Assembly (NCBI GenBank): GCA_050008655.1
Contig: JBEKMF010000002.1
Coordinates: 1-52,273 of the forward strand
DNA length: 52,273 nt
Direction: 5' to 3'
Source of the DNA: Smithellaceae bacterium
GTDB taxonomy: Bacteria; Desulfobacterota; Syntrophia; Syntrophales; Smithellaceae
The translations under genes and the position numbers were made by a program. A model generated the notes under the pieces. That model was given only the letters and a program-made list of their open reading frames with translations. It was not told the DNA's origin and searched no databases. Every line of letters begins with the position of its first letter. Within the stretch, counting starts at the first letter, position 1. Shown here one piece after another: positions 18,521 to 28,396 of this stretch.

Positions 18521-19669
18521 TTATTGGGAATACAATACCATGTCCACATAACTATCCCAATTAAATTGCTGACGATAACGCCGTACTTTCTCGGCGGTAA
18601 TAGGCTTTTGCAAAAAGAGTTCTATCTTTTTTGTCAGATCCTGCGCATCTCCCGCCGAAAACAAATATCCGCTTTCTCCATTACTCACGCATTCACGAAA
18701 GGCCGGCAAATCACTGGCGATGACCGGTTTGTCCAGGGCGTAAGCCACTTGAAGAGGCCCGGATTGTGTTGCGGATAGATAAGGCGCCACCAGCACATCG
18801 GCAACGGCAAAATAGCGGCCAACCTCCTCGTTGGCGACATAGCGGTCAATCCAAACGATTTGTGATCGGACGGGATCGTTTGCAGACAAATGATTCAGAA
18901 GCCTATCCTTTGCACGGGCTTTTCCTTTTTTATAAAAATCTTCACCCACAACCAGTAGGGATACATCAGGATTTCTGGATGCTATCTTACAAAATGCCTC
19001 CACCAGGCATTCCAGTCCTTTGTACGGCCGGATGAAACCAAAAAACAGCAGGACTTTTTTCCGCAGATCAAGGCTGCGCCTGATAGATTCCCGCTCTTCG
19101 GCGGGTATCACAAATTGATCATAAACAGGGTGAAAAGCCGTAACCATGTCGCTTGCGGTAAGTCCGATGCGTCTGGCCTGCTCAGCTTCGGCTTCACCAT
19201 GCAAGACCAGCCGGTGAGTCATTTTCAGCACGGACCGGCTCATAAAGACGGCCCCGGGCAGATGCTCATGGGGCAGGCAGTTGTGTACGATCAGACATAT
19301 TTTTGTTTTCGTCAGAAGACGAATGGCCGCAAACAGAACTTTGAAAACTGGAAAATGAACCGGATGCACCCAATGAGTGATAAACATGTCATATCGGCCA
19401 CGGCGCAAGCGAGCAATAAGCGCCGCCCATGTCAAGGGGTTGGTATAGCTCAGGATGCTCAATCCGCAAGGCTGAAAGGTCAGCGAACTTTGCTCATCCA
19501 GATAGGCAGCGGTAGAGCCGGGCAGTAGAAAAGTAGGATAGGGTTTAGACCAGTAGAACAGATCCACGTTCAGTTCGTGCCTTCCTTGGAGAGCCGTAGC
19601 CAGGCGACTGTTGAAGTGTACAATGCCGCCCCGAAAAGGGTGGGCCGGACCCAACAGAGCAATCTTCAT
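18521..19669 (-). CDS. Family 4 (GT-B) glycosyltransferase
   Basis: 382 aa. MKIALLGPAHPFRGG start. C-terminal GT-B half with FGFIRPYKG and VLVAPY...TQSGPLQVAYALDKPVIASD. Confidence 0.8.
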   Translation of the reverse strand: MKIALLGPAHPFRGGIVHFNSRLATALQGRHELNVDLFYWSKPYPTFLLPGSTAAYLDEQSSLTFQPCGLSILSYTNPLTWAALIARLRRGRYDMFITHWVHPVHFPVFKVLFAAIRLLTKTKICLIVHNCLPHEHLPGAVFMSRSVLKMTHRLVLHGEAEAEQARRIGLTASDMVTAFHPVYDQFVIPAEERESIRRSLDLRKKVLLFFGFIRPYKGLECLVEAFCKIASRNPDVSLLVVGEDFYKKGKARAKDRLLNHLSANDPVRSQIVWIDRYVANEEVGRYFAVADVLVAPYLSATQSGPLQVAYALDKPVIASDLPAFRECVSNGESGYLFSAGDAQDLTKKIELFLQKPITAEKVRRYRQQFNWDSYVDMVLYSQ

Positions 19670-19797
19670 GGCTTGAAATCCCTTTCGGTCATAGATGTCA
19701 GTCTAATGGCGATACGACTGTTGGTGCAGGCCAGTGCTTGTGTCAGAAATTTACTTCCGTAACAAATCGGCAGGATAACACTGAACTTTGGTGTCAA
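19666..19797 (-). pseudogene. 43-codon ORF that looks like the retained 5' end of a GT2 glycosyltransferase gene
   Basis: Below the track size cutoff. AAGGAG (19809-19804) lies 6 nt before the TTG at 19797. Translation is MTPKFSVILPICYGSKFLTQALACTNS RIAIRLTSMTERDFKP. The first ~27 aa match the canonical GT2 N-terminus pattern (P.(V/F)SVI(L/I)P.YN....L..AL.S), then similarity is lost. The stop overlaps the next ATG as ATGA (19669-19666). Confidence 0.4.
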
Positions 19798-19821
19798 TTG
19801 AATCTCCTTAAACACGCATCA

Positions 19822-20943
19822 TCATGGTTTTGTTGGTGCTAGAGTAAAACGTTCTATAGTACAGTCGTCGGCAATGCTGTTTTTGTAAGTGCAATTGCGG
19901 CACATGTTAAAATCATTGTGCCCGAGATTAAAGACTCTCCGAAAATTGCAAGCTGCGTTGCCTTTCCAGACATTGAGGGATCCCCGGGGGACAATATTTC
20001 CGAATGAATCTTTATTTTTATAGTCGTATTCGCAGGCAATTACTTCACCGGAAGCTTCCAGAGTAACCCGCTTCCATGGGCGCATGCAGACAAACGGCCT
20101 TTCTTTACGCGTAAATGTTTCCTTATCGTAATCATACCTCCGGTAGCCGGTATTTTCCGGCGCGAAGGTCTTATCCAGTTCAACTCCTTTATCCGGATGC
20201 ATATCCACAGTTTTCAGTGTGAAAAAATCGACACCAAGTTTTCGGGCCAACTCGCGGGCTTCCGGCACCTCGGCCTCGTTGTGCCGCATGACCACAAAGC
20301 GCATGTTAATGCGCGGTGTGGTAACGTTTTTAGCTGCGCGCACACGGAGAATATTTTGAATGTTCAAGATTACCCGATCCAAACGGCCACCCTGCCGATA
20401 CTTTTCATAGGTTTTCTGGCTGGTCCCGTCCACAGCCACCACCAAAGAATCGAGGCCGGAATCAACTAGAGCTTCAACCTGCGCCTCTTCCAGCAGTATA
20501 TTGCTGTTGGTGCTGGTATGCACCACTATTCCCCTGGCCTTGGCATAGGCAATCATTTTGATAAGATCAGGGTTCAAGAAGGGTTCACCCCAGTTCCAAA
20601 GGATGATCAGCAGCAGGTAGTCGCCGCACTCGTCGATAAACCGTTTGAAGGTTTCCAGCGGCAAAAGGGCTTTGGGCCTGGATTTGGTGATTGTTGTGGT
20701 CAAACAAAGCGGGCAAGTAAGATTACAGTAATTAGCCGGCTCCACCTGGGCAATAACCGGATAACCCAGCGGTTTGGCCAGCAGCAAAAACTGATTCAGA
20801 CCGGCTACAAAAAAATTTGCCGCTTTACGGAAGCTAATATTCTCCGCTCTGTAAGGTAATAATTCGAATTTAAAATCGAATTTACCTTTCAAAAGCAAAG
20901 AGGGTATTTGCGGCAACACGTCAACAGGGTTAAATATTTTCAT
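19822..20943 (-). CDS. Radical SAM / SPASM-domain protein
   Basis: 373 aa. CNLTCPLC (CX3CX2C) at about residue 73. Cys-rich C-terminal part (CMRPW, ACEYDY, CNFRR, CRNC) is consistent with auxiliary-cluster SPASM/twitch domains. ATGA overlap with the upstream sulfotransferase stop. Confidence 0.85.
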   Translation of the reverse strand: MKIFNPVDVLPQIPSLLLKGKFDFKFELLPYRAENISFRKAANFFVAGLNQFLLLAKPLGYPVIAQVEPANYCNLTCPLCLTTTITKSRPKALLPLETFKRFIDECGDYLLLIILWNWGEPFLNPDLIKMIAYAKARGIVVHTSTNSNILLEEAQVEALVDSGLDSLVVAVDGTSQKTYEKYRQGGRLDRVILNIQNILRVRAAKNVTTPRINMRFVVMRHNEAEVPEARELARKLGVDFFTLKTVDMHPDKGVELDKTFAPENTGYRRYDYDKETFTRKERPFVCMRPWKRVTLEASGEVIACEYDYKNKDSFGNIVPRGSLNVWKGNAACNFRRVFNLGHNDFNMCRNCTYKNSIADDCTIERFTLAPTKP

Positions 20944-21884
20944 TTATTCTCCAGCCATTTACTCAAGTCGCGATGAATGCAATCCTGCAACTTCAGTATG
21001 TCTTTGCGATAATAGCGATTGAGCTGCTGTTTAATTTCAGGATCTATTGGCGGTGGTTCTCGCAAATTAGCCGAACGAAGATTATCACGCAGGCGAACCC
21101 ATCGATCTGCTCCCAATATTGCTCCTCCGATGATGCGTGCTGCTTTGTGCAACCGTTTCGGTTTGACAAAAAGTGCATTTAAGAAAGGCGAGCGAGGAAT
21201 GCCGGAGACATTGTAATTGTATATAATATCCGGAATAAAATATGGGTTCACGTCAAGGAACGTATATACGGACCGGATAAGTTTGTTGGCATTGATTTCC
21301 AAATCATCGTAAAGAAAAACATGCACACGGCTGAAATGTTCCCGAAATGCCCTCACCTGATTGGCATACAAGCCAACTTCCCGGTAGCGCCAATGCCAGC
21401 AATATCCTTCACGCTTGCGCTTCTCTTCCTGTTTTAAGGCGTCCTTAAAAGATAGTTCTTCCCAACCATCACGGACCAGAAAATTATAGGCGGAATAGGC
21501 GCGTTCCACCGGGTTCCTAAGGATAATGATAATCCGCGGATCGCCCAGGTGGTGTTGAATAGCCGGTATGGTCTCTTGATATAAAAAAATAGTTTCCACA
21601 CTGGCCTCACCCACTGCCTTCTTGCCGACGCTTTTTTCAAACAAGCGGTAATAAGCATCAAATGTTTTGACGGCTTGAGATGCAAGTAGCCCATCACCAG
21701 GACCAATAAATTTTTTTGATGCAAAGCCGCTCAAAAATTTAGGCTCCTTGACCGGGCTCATATACACATCAGGATGCTGCAGGAGATAGTAATACAATGA
21801 TGTCGTGCCGCATTTTGCGGCTCCAACAATAAGAAAATTAGGCAAGTGTCTGGAATTTTTGTTTTTATTAGATAAAATATTCAT
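20940..21884 (-). CDS. PAPS-dependent sulfotransferase (paralog 1)
   Basis: 5'-PSB loop GAAKCGTTSLYYYL and 3'-PB motif ILRNPVERAYSAYN. Track ORF reaches 21902, but the ATG at 21884 has AGGA 6 nt upstream. Confidence 0.85.
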   Translation of the reverse strand: MNILSNKNKNSRHLPNFLIVGAAKCGTTSLYYYLLQHPDVYMSPVKEPKFLSGFASKKFIGPGDGLLASQAVKTFDAYYRLFEKSVGKKAVGEASVETIFLYQETIPAIQHHLGDPRIIIILRNPVERAYSAYNFLVRDGWEELSFKDALKQEEKRKREGYCWHWRYREVGLYANQVRAFREHFSRVHVFLYDDLEINANKLIRSVYTFLDVNPYFIPDIIYNYNVSGIPRSPFLNALFVKPKRLHKAARIIGGAILGADRWVRLRDNLRSANLREPPPIDPEIKQQLNRYYRKDILKLQDCIHRDLSKWLENK

Positions 21885-21917
21885 CCGACATCCTAAATAC
21901 ATAGGAATAATATATTC

Positions 21918-22886
21918 TCATAGATGCTTTCCCTCGAGCCAGCAACTCAAGTCTTTGCCTATATAGTCTTGCAGCTTCAGAATGTCGTCACGATAGAACT
22001 GTCTGAGTTGTTGTTCAATTTCATAGTCCATTAGCGGAGGCTCTTGCAGATTAACGGAACGAAGATGTTCGCGCAGGCGAATCCAGCGATCCGCACCCAA
22101 TATTGCTCCGCCGATGGTTCGGGCAATTTTGTGCAATCGCTTGGGCTTGACAAAAAGTTTATTCAGAGAAGCTGATCGGGGAATGCCGGAAATATTGTGC
22201 CTGTGGCGTATATTCGGAACAAAATCTGGGTTCACACCAAGAAACGCATAAAGGGTTCGTAGCAGAGAGGCTGCATCCCGCTCCAAGTCATCATAAAATA
22301 ATACCTTTACTCGGCTGAAATGTTCTTGAAAGGCGCGCACCCGACGAGCATACAATCCGCCTTCCTCATATTGCCATATACACAAGTATCCATCCTGTTT
22401 GCGTTGTTCCTCCGCGATCAAGGCATTCTTAAAGGACATTTTTTCGCGGCCCTCCCGTACCAGATAATTATAGGCGGAATAGGCGCGCTTTACCGGATCC
22501 CTCAGAATAATGACGATACACGGGTCACCAAGATAGTGTTGAATGGCCGGTATGGTCCGTTCGAACTGGAAGAATGTGTCGGTGCTGGCCTCACCCACTG
22601 CCTTCTTGCTGGCACTTCTTTCGAACAGTATGCAGTAATCATCAAATGACCGCATTGCTTTTGAAACGTCCAGCGCATCGCCGGGGCCAATGCCTTCCCT
22701 CAACGCGCTGCCGCTTAGAAATCCCGGCTCTTTTTTCGGACTCATATAGACTTCAGGATGTTGCTTCAGATAGTAATAAAGCGAGGTCGTTCCGCATTTG
22801 GCCGCACCTACGACCAGGAAATTCGGAAGCGCAGGCGCGGCATCGGCTCTTTCGTATAACAGGGGCATCATGTTTTTCTTACTCAA
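21918..22886 (-). CDS. PAPS-dependent sulfotransferase (paralog 2)
   Basis: GAAKCGTTSLYYYL and ILRDPVKRAYSAYN. Collinear with paralog 1 along the whole length, roughly two thirds of residues identical by eye. Confidence 0.85.
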   Translation of the reverse strand: MSKKNMMPLLYERADAAPALPNFLVVGAAKCGTTSLYYYLKQHPEVYMSPKKEPGFLSGSALREGIGPGDALDVSKAMRSFDDYCILFERSASKKAVGEASTDTFFQFERTIPAIQHYLGDPCIVIILRDPVKRAYSAYNYLVREGREKMSFKNALIAEEQRKQDGYLCIWQYEEGGLYARRVRAFQEHFSRVKVLFYDDLERDAASLLRTLYAFLGVNPDFVPNIRHRHNISGIPRSASLNKLFVKPKRLHKIARTIGGAILGADRWIRLREHLRSVNLQEPPLMDYEIEQQLRQFYRDDILKLQDYIGKDLSCWLEGKHL

Positions 22887-23982
22887 TCCAGCATACCTCG
22901 TTGTTCCTTATCGGCCTAAACTGCCGTATCGTTTCTTGATATGTTTCTTTATAATTCCGCATCATTTCTTTATAACTATATTTTTTTTTAATGAAGTTGC
23001 TGGCAGCACAGCCCATTGATTGAATTTTTTCGGGATTGTCCAGCAGATAATTTAATTTTTTTTCAAAATCGTCTGCATTTCCTGGTTCAAATAAAAGACC
23101 TGTTTCATAAGGCTTAATTAATTCCGGAGTGCCTCCGGTATTAGAGCCTATAACGCATAATCCACAAGACATAGCTTCAGCAGTAGATCTTCCAAAAGAT
23201 TCCTCGCAAATAGACGGCATTATAAGAATACTGCTCTTTTGATAATATTTCATAGGATCTTGATAGCCGAGAAATGTAATATTTCGATAAGCTTCTTGAA
23301 GGTTTTTTTTCATTGGGCCTTCACCTAAAACAAGAGTCCTGTAATTATGGATTTTGTCTAAAATTCCTATAATCGTATGGAGTCCTTTTTCCGGACTTAT
23401 TCCTCCGCAATAGAGTATCGTTTTTTCATACGACGTTCTTTCAGAAAGCATATCCACACAATCATATATTAACTTTACTTTTTTAGAGCCTGCGCTTACT
23501 AATTTGTTATAAATAAATTTGCTCGGGGCAATGAGAAGTGTATTATTAATTTTATTTAACACTATTCTAGCATGTAGAGCATTTACTACTTTTGGTAATT
23601 TATCAGAATATTTTATTATCCACGTGTCTCTTATAGTTATAACTACTGGGCAGATTTTTGTTATTTTATTTATTGTATGAATAGGGAATCCGATAAGACT
23701 ATTAAAATGAATTAAATCCGGTTTATAATCATTTAATATCCTGAACATTTCTTTTTCCACTATAGGATTAAGATAGTCCAATAGCAACTTTCTGGTGATT
23801 TTGGATTTGGGTAATTTCAGCCTATACTCTCCCTTTCTCATTGGCTTTTCGTGAAAATGCGCTGCCAATCCTGACTCAAATGAATTATTGTTGAATTCTT
23901 TTATTAATTCCAGAGTAGCTAATTGCGCACCACGCCTCTCATTTGAATAAGGATCTTTGCTTGTGAAATAAAGAATTTTCAT
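22879..23982 (-). CDS. Family 4 (GT-B) glycosyltransferase
   Basis: 367 aa. MKILYFTSKDPY start. C-terminal SICEESFGRSTAEAMSCGLCVIGSNTGGTPELI (E-x7-E region). Markedly AT-rich gene. Confidence 0.8.
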   Translation of the reverse strand: MKILYFTSKDPYSNERRGAQLATLELIKEFNNNSFESGLAAHFHEKPMRKGEYRLKLPKSKITRKLLLDYLNPIVEKEMFRILNDYKPDLIHFNSLIGFPIHTINKITKICPVVITIRDTWIIKYSDKLPKVVNALHARIVLNKINNTLLIAPSKFIYNKLVSAGSKKVKLIYDCVDMLSERTSYEKTILYCGGISPEKGLHTIIGILDKIHNYRTLVLGEGPMKKNLQEAYRNITFLGYQDPMKYYQKSSILIMPSICEESFGRSTAEAMSCGLCVIGSNTGGTPELIKPYETGLLFEPGNADDFEKKLNYLLDNPEKIQSMGCAASNFIKKKYSYKEMMRNYKETYQETIRQFRPIRNNEVCWIE

Positions 23983-24253
23983 CTTATATTTTTAAGTAAA
24001 GTATAATATTTATTACTTGTTTCAAATTTAAAATAAACCGATCTATTTAAAATGCTTTTTGATACCAGCCTGACTTTCACCGAAATATCTCTGATGCGCT
24101 ACATGGAACATGGCGGCTACCCATTTTTTAGTCACCGCCGGAATACCCGATTTTGCAAACGTCTCAATTGATAAATCAATAATTACAAATCTTTTGAGTG
24201 AGTTTCCGCAAATTCTTCCTTCTGCATTATCGTCAGCGATTATTCCGATACTC

Positions 24254-25207
24254 TCAATCAATATTATCATTATTGCGCGAAAAGATTTTTGAGCTTAAGC
24301 GAACATCCTCAATCAATTTACGGTTTACCGAGAGTAAATCAGCAATGACAGCAATAAGAAGCGTCTGAAAACCCATGCCAAGAAGAACACTGGCAAGAAT
24401 AAGCGATTGTACGTGACCGGCACCTCGCCCGTTGAGATAAAACCACATAAAGCGCATTCCGATCAAGGTGCCTGATCCGAACAAGACCACGCCAATCGAA
24501 CAAAAAAAACGAAATGGCCGGTAAACGATAAAAATTCGAACAATAGTAATTATACTGTGAATGATGTAAGATGGAATACCTTTAACCAGCTTCGATGGAC
24601 GCAGGTCGGCATTAATCCGCACAGGGACGGACGTGATCGCCATATTTTTTTGTCCGGCCTGGATGATGGTTTCCAGCGTATATGTGTAATTATTAAATAC
24701 GACCAGTTGCTGGGCGGCATCACGGCTCATGGCTCTAAAGCCGCTGGCTGCATCAGGGATGTTTGTCTTACTTGCCATCCGGACAACCCAGCTTCCCATT
24801 TTCTGGAGAATTTTTTTAACCGGGGAGAAGTGATTGATACTATCTATCGGTCTGGCACCCACAACTATATCAGCCTGCCCGTTGACAATCGGCTGAGTTA
24901 AAGATGGAATATCATCCGCGTTATATTGATTATCGGCGTCCGTATTCAGAATCACATCCGCACCAAGACGAACAGCTTCCCGGATACCGGTCATGAAGGC
25001 GCGGGCAAGCCCCCGATTGAGTGCATGCTTCACGATATGATCCACGCCATTTTCCTCGGCAACTTTTATAGTTTTATCCGTACTGCCGTCATCAATAATC
25101 AGCCACTCAACTTTATCAAAACCCGGCACTTTGCGCGGCAGCGCGGAAAGCGTAATAGACAGGGTTTCAGCCTCGTTGTAACAAGGGATTTGTATTATTA
25201 GTTTCAT
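24254..25207 (-). CDS. Polyprenyl-phosphate sugar synthase-type GT2 (ArnC/GtrB/DPM1-like)
   Basis: 317 aa. MKLIIQIPCYNEAETL, IIDDGSTDKT, DADNQY. Two C-terminal TM helices (FRFFCSIGVVLFGSG; ILASVLLGMGFQTLLIAVIADLL) are typical of this subfamily. Confidence 0.85.
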   Translation of the reverse strand: MKLIIQIPCYNEAETLSITLSALPRKVPGFDKVEWLIIDDGSTDKTIKVAEENGVDHIVKHALNRGLARAFMTGIREAVRLGADVILNTDADNQYNADDIPSLTQPIVNGQADIVVGARPIDSINHFSPVKKILQKMGSWVVRMASKTNIPDAASGFRAMSRDAAQQLVVFNNYTYTLETIIQAGQKNMAITSVPVRINADLRPSKLVKGIPSYIIHSIITIVRIFIVYRPFRFFCSIGVVLFGSGTLIGMRFMWFYLNGRGAGHVQSLILASVLLGMGFQTLLIAVIADLLSVNRKLIEDVRLSSKIFSRNNDNID

Positions 25208-25508
25208 TTTCCATCCTTTCCCGAAGCATATCAGTTAGAACACCTGACGATTTCTACCAGGCAGCGTAATTTGAAAGTCAACATAGTCACTGTTTGAATT
25301 TGTAAACGAATCAAATAAGCACAACTTCTCAATCAGCGGTTTGTTAGTAAATTCTGGAGGAATCAAAGCAGATGCGGCACCATCATGTCCCAATGCGGTT
25401 TTCAACGGCTAGCCATCCAAGCTGATAAGCGCGATAGATGAAGGGGATATGTATTTGAACCAAATTGTACCAGTACCTGACGGCTGTCTATTAAATGATA
25501 AACCCGAT

Positions 25509-27284
25509 TCAATGGTGTACGAACAACACTGAGTTCGGGTCGAGATCCAGAATCCCTAGTCGGAGCATCTTGGGGTCAAGGCCATCGATACGATAGATAT
25601 AATATGGCTTATCATTTACGATGTATTCCCGCAGCGGTTTAATATCAAAAAGTTTATTGGAAAGAAGCATCAGAGATTTAGATGAAGTGAGTCTAGAATT
25701 CCTATAGGTTGAAACATCTTGTATAGAAATCTGCTTTTGTTTGACTCCCCAAAACAACAACCTGGTCTCAATCCATTGCATTGACAAATTTTTACTGTCA
25801 AAAAAGACATTCACTGTATCGCCTTCCTGATCAGTAAGGCTTGCCGCAGCATAGGCCAGTTCCCGAAAGTGAAGGCCATCCTGGCGGTCATGCATTCTTC
25901 CGGCATCCACCATTAGAGATACCAGCATGAGTGTAATAATAGGCAACACCAGAAAGCGGATGTCATTTTTTCGCAACCACATCATTGCCAGCAGCAATAA
26001 TACCATAACAATCGCTAACAGAAACACCGGCAGAGAAACAAGTGCGATCACATCTACCGTGCCAGGTTCCCGATAGGTAAACCATTCGCTAAATGCCCAA
26101 ATACCCTTATTAAAAAGAATGCACCAGGATATTGAGGCTAACCCTACCAACACACCTGCACCGATCAGTGCCTTCATCTTGCGAAATGGCGCCGGATTTT
26201 CAGCAATCCTTTCCAGAACCCATACGCCGACAACTAACATGATCGGCGATAATTGCATAAGGTAGCGCCCAATCAGACGCAGCGGTACCGGGTAGTTATA
26301 GCCTGCACGGAAAGAGTGCTGGACAGCGAGGAGCCAATAACAACCAAAAAGCAGCAGGACAAGAACAAGGAAACGCCAATGTTGTGTTTCAGGTTGAATC
26401 CGCCAGGCTTTATTGCTGAGCTGAGATGTCCAGATCACGATAATTCCCCAGACCGAAAGCCAAACCAAAATGATATAAGAAGTATAAGCCACTGCCCACA
26501 TCAAAAATGAATCAACATTTGCAGCTTTTGTGATACTCCCGTAAAGGTTAAACCCCAACAGTTGTCTCCAGCCGAAACCGCTGGCGCGGCCGTAGTACAG
26601 CCAAATCCCGATAACTAAACTATAAGCAAGTAATACAAAAAGGGCCGGATAGTATCGTTTGGGAAAACTCTTGAGCGGGACTTCCTTATTGCTCTTGCTC
26701 CGAGAGTACAACCATGCCCCGAAGAATATTGGCAAGGATGGAAGAAAGAGGTATTTGGTGAGATGGGCAACTCCTAAAACAAAACCGAATGCCAACGCTT
26801 CAACGTGGCCGCGCTTACCTCCCCGTAGCGCCAATGCCGCTGCCAGAACAAAAAAAGGCACGAATAGATTTTCGCTATATAGCATGTTCGGGTAGATAGC
26901 GTGCATCGGCAATAAACCCGCAAGCAAAGCCGCAATCAATGGTTGCCGTATACCGGCTGAACGCGCGAGGAACCACGTAGCAGGAACAACAAGGCTAGAC
27001 CAAAAGGCATTAATAACCAGCATCCCTTCGTACCAATGTTTTAAAAAGAGAGCGGGAGCAAGTGCTAAGGAGTATACTGGTGGAAAATGCACATTGACGT
27101 ATTTTTGAAGGGCAAAAATTGCACTGGCATTGAATTTGTAAACTATTTCATCAATAATCGTCGGTCCGGAAGAAATCAAGACAGCCCATATTGCTTTAAT
27201 CACAAAAAGGATGAATGTCATCAAAGCCAAAATGGGTATATCTTTATATTGTGAATTCTTTACGTTTAGTGTTTGGTTATTCAT
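25509..27284 (-). CDS. GT-C fold membrane glycosyltransferase, ArnT/PMT-like
   Basis: 591 aa with more than 10 TM segments. Early-loop IIDEIVYKF acidic motif. C-terminal soluble domain. Located next to a polyprenyl-P GT2. Confidence 0.68.
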   Translation of the reverse strand: MNNQTLNVKNSQYKDIPILALMTFILFVIKAIWAVLISSGPTIIDEIVYKFNASAIFALQKYVNVHFPPVYSLALAPALFLKHWYEGMLVINAFWSSLVVPATWFLARSAGIRQPLIAALLAGLLPMHAIYPNMLYSENLFVPFFVLAAALALRGGKRGHVEALAFGFVLGVAHLTKYLFLPSLPIFFGAWLYSRSKSNKEVPLKSFPKRYYPALFVLLAYSLVIGIWLYYGRASGFGWRQLLGFNLYGSITKAANVDSFLMWAVAYTSYIILVWLSVWGIIVIWTSQLSNKAWRIQPETQHWRFLVLVLLLFGCYWLLAVQHSFRAGYNYPVPLRLIGRYLMQLSPIMLVVGVWVLERIAENPAPFRKMKALIGAGVLVGLASISWCILFNKGIWAFSEWFTYREPGTVDVIALVSLPVFLLAIVMVLLLLAMMWLRKNDIRFLVLPIITLMLVSLMVDAGRMHDRQDGLHFRELAYAAASLTDQEGDTVNVFFDSKNLSMQWIETRLLFWGVKQKQISIQDVSTYRNSRLTSSKSLMLLSNKLFDIKPLREYIVNDKPYYIYRIDGLDPKMLRLGILDLDPNSVLFVHH

Positions 27285-27301
27285 GTTCCTTTAAGGGTAG
27301 C

Positions 27302-28396
27302 TCAGATAGGCACAAATTTTTTTATAGCATCCCTGAGTGCTGTGGCAGTAATGGATTTCATGCAGGAGTTCGTCTGACACCGGCTCTCAAAGCCCAAGTT
27401 GAGGCAAGGAGAACATTGCAGGCCACTTTGCAAAGAAATTGCATTTGCGTCGAGAGGACCCCATCGTTTGGCCGACGTAGGGCCATGTAAGACAATGAGG
27501 TTGCACCCTAGGGCGGAAGCTAAATGCATGATACCGGTATCTACACTGATTACCAGCATTGATGATTTCAGGAGTTCGGCGGTTTGTTTTAAATCAAGTG
27601 TTCCGGCAACAATATTAACGCCATTCCTGTTCGCTATTTGTTCTTTGATTTGCTCCGCTTTTTCACGATCAATTTTCGCGCCCGTAAGAAATACTTCATA
27701 ATGATGCACTGTTAATTGATCTATAATTTCTATCCAATTTGCATCAGGCCATTCTTTTAAATATGATCGAGACCCGCCGGGAAACATGTGAATGGTGATT
27801 CTGTTATCACTACTTTCCGGAATCTGCATGTTGATAGAAGGGAGATTATGGCAATCTAAACCTAGCTGTTTTAGCAGATTTTTGTAATTGTCTAATTCAT
27901 GCAGATGGGCGGAATGCTCTGTAGTTAAATCATATATGTAATGTCGGTACTGGCCTTTTGTCTTGAAGCCGACCTTAAAACGTGCATTAGAAAAACACGA
28001 CAACAGTGCATTGATCCTGGGCCAAGGGCCGAAATCAATCCAGAGATCATATTCACCCGATTCTTTTATGATATGAATACACTCCCAAGGTTTAGCCACC
28101 GGGAGTTTAATGATTCTATCGATTCCGGATGTCAGATGTGCTATTTCATAATTGTTGGAAGCGACAAAAAAAGTTAGCTGAACACATGGATAGACATTTT
28201 TGAAGTCTCTTACAACAGCGGACAGGAGGACAGTATCCCCTATTCCTGCGGTTTTCAAGAAAGCCACCTTTTTTATGCTCCCGGGAAGAGTTTTTCTTCT
28301 TTTTTTAAGCAAACCTAAAATAAAGATAATCGGAATGCCGACATACCTGTCCAAAAAGCGAAACCTGCTATTTCCTCTTTCACGATTATATTTCAT
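27302..28396 (-). CDS. Family 9 glycosyltransferase (heptosyltransferase-like)
   Basis: 364 aa. LKTAGIGDTVLLSAVVRDFK, DTGIMHLASALG, CSPCLNLGFESRCQTNSCMKSI (WaaF/WaaC-type pattern). Confidence 0.8.
   Translation of the reverse strand: MKYNRERGNSRFRFLDRYVGIPIIFILGLLKKRRKTLPGSIKKVAFLKTAGIGDTVLLSAVVRDFKNVYPCVQLTFFVASNNYEIAHLTSGIDRIIKLPVAKPWECIHIIKESGEYDLWIDFGPWPRINALLSCFSNARFKVGFKTKGQYRHYIYDLTTEHSAHLHELDNYKNLLKQLGLDCHNLPSINMQIPESSDNRITIHMFPGGSRSYLKEWPDANWIEIIDQLTVHHYEVFLTGAKIDREKAEQIKEQIANRNGVNIVAGTLDLKQTAELLKSSMLVISVDTGIMHLASALGCNLIVLHGPTSAKRWGPLDANAISLQSGLQCSPCLNLGFESRCQTNSCMKSITATALRDAIKKFVPI

Noticed and set aside
19822-20943. Radical SAM/SPASM protein as an anaerobic sulfatase-maturating enzyme or a RiPP maturase.
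   Set aside because: There is no sulfatase gene in the window, and the protein has a ~70-aa N-terminal extension unlike the anSMEs I recall. The only short ORF nearby looks like a GT2 remnant rather than a precursor peptide. The function is left open.
24043-24270. 75-aa minus-strand ORF in the gap downstream of the polyprenyl-P GT2.
   Set aside because: No SD upstream of its ATG, a 17-nt overlap with the preceding gene, and no recognisable motif or TM segment. It could be real or another remnant, but I cannot support it.
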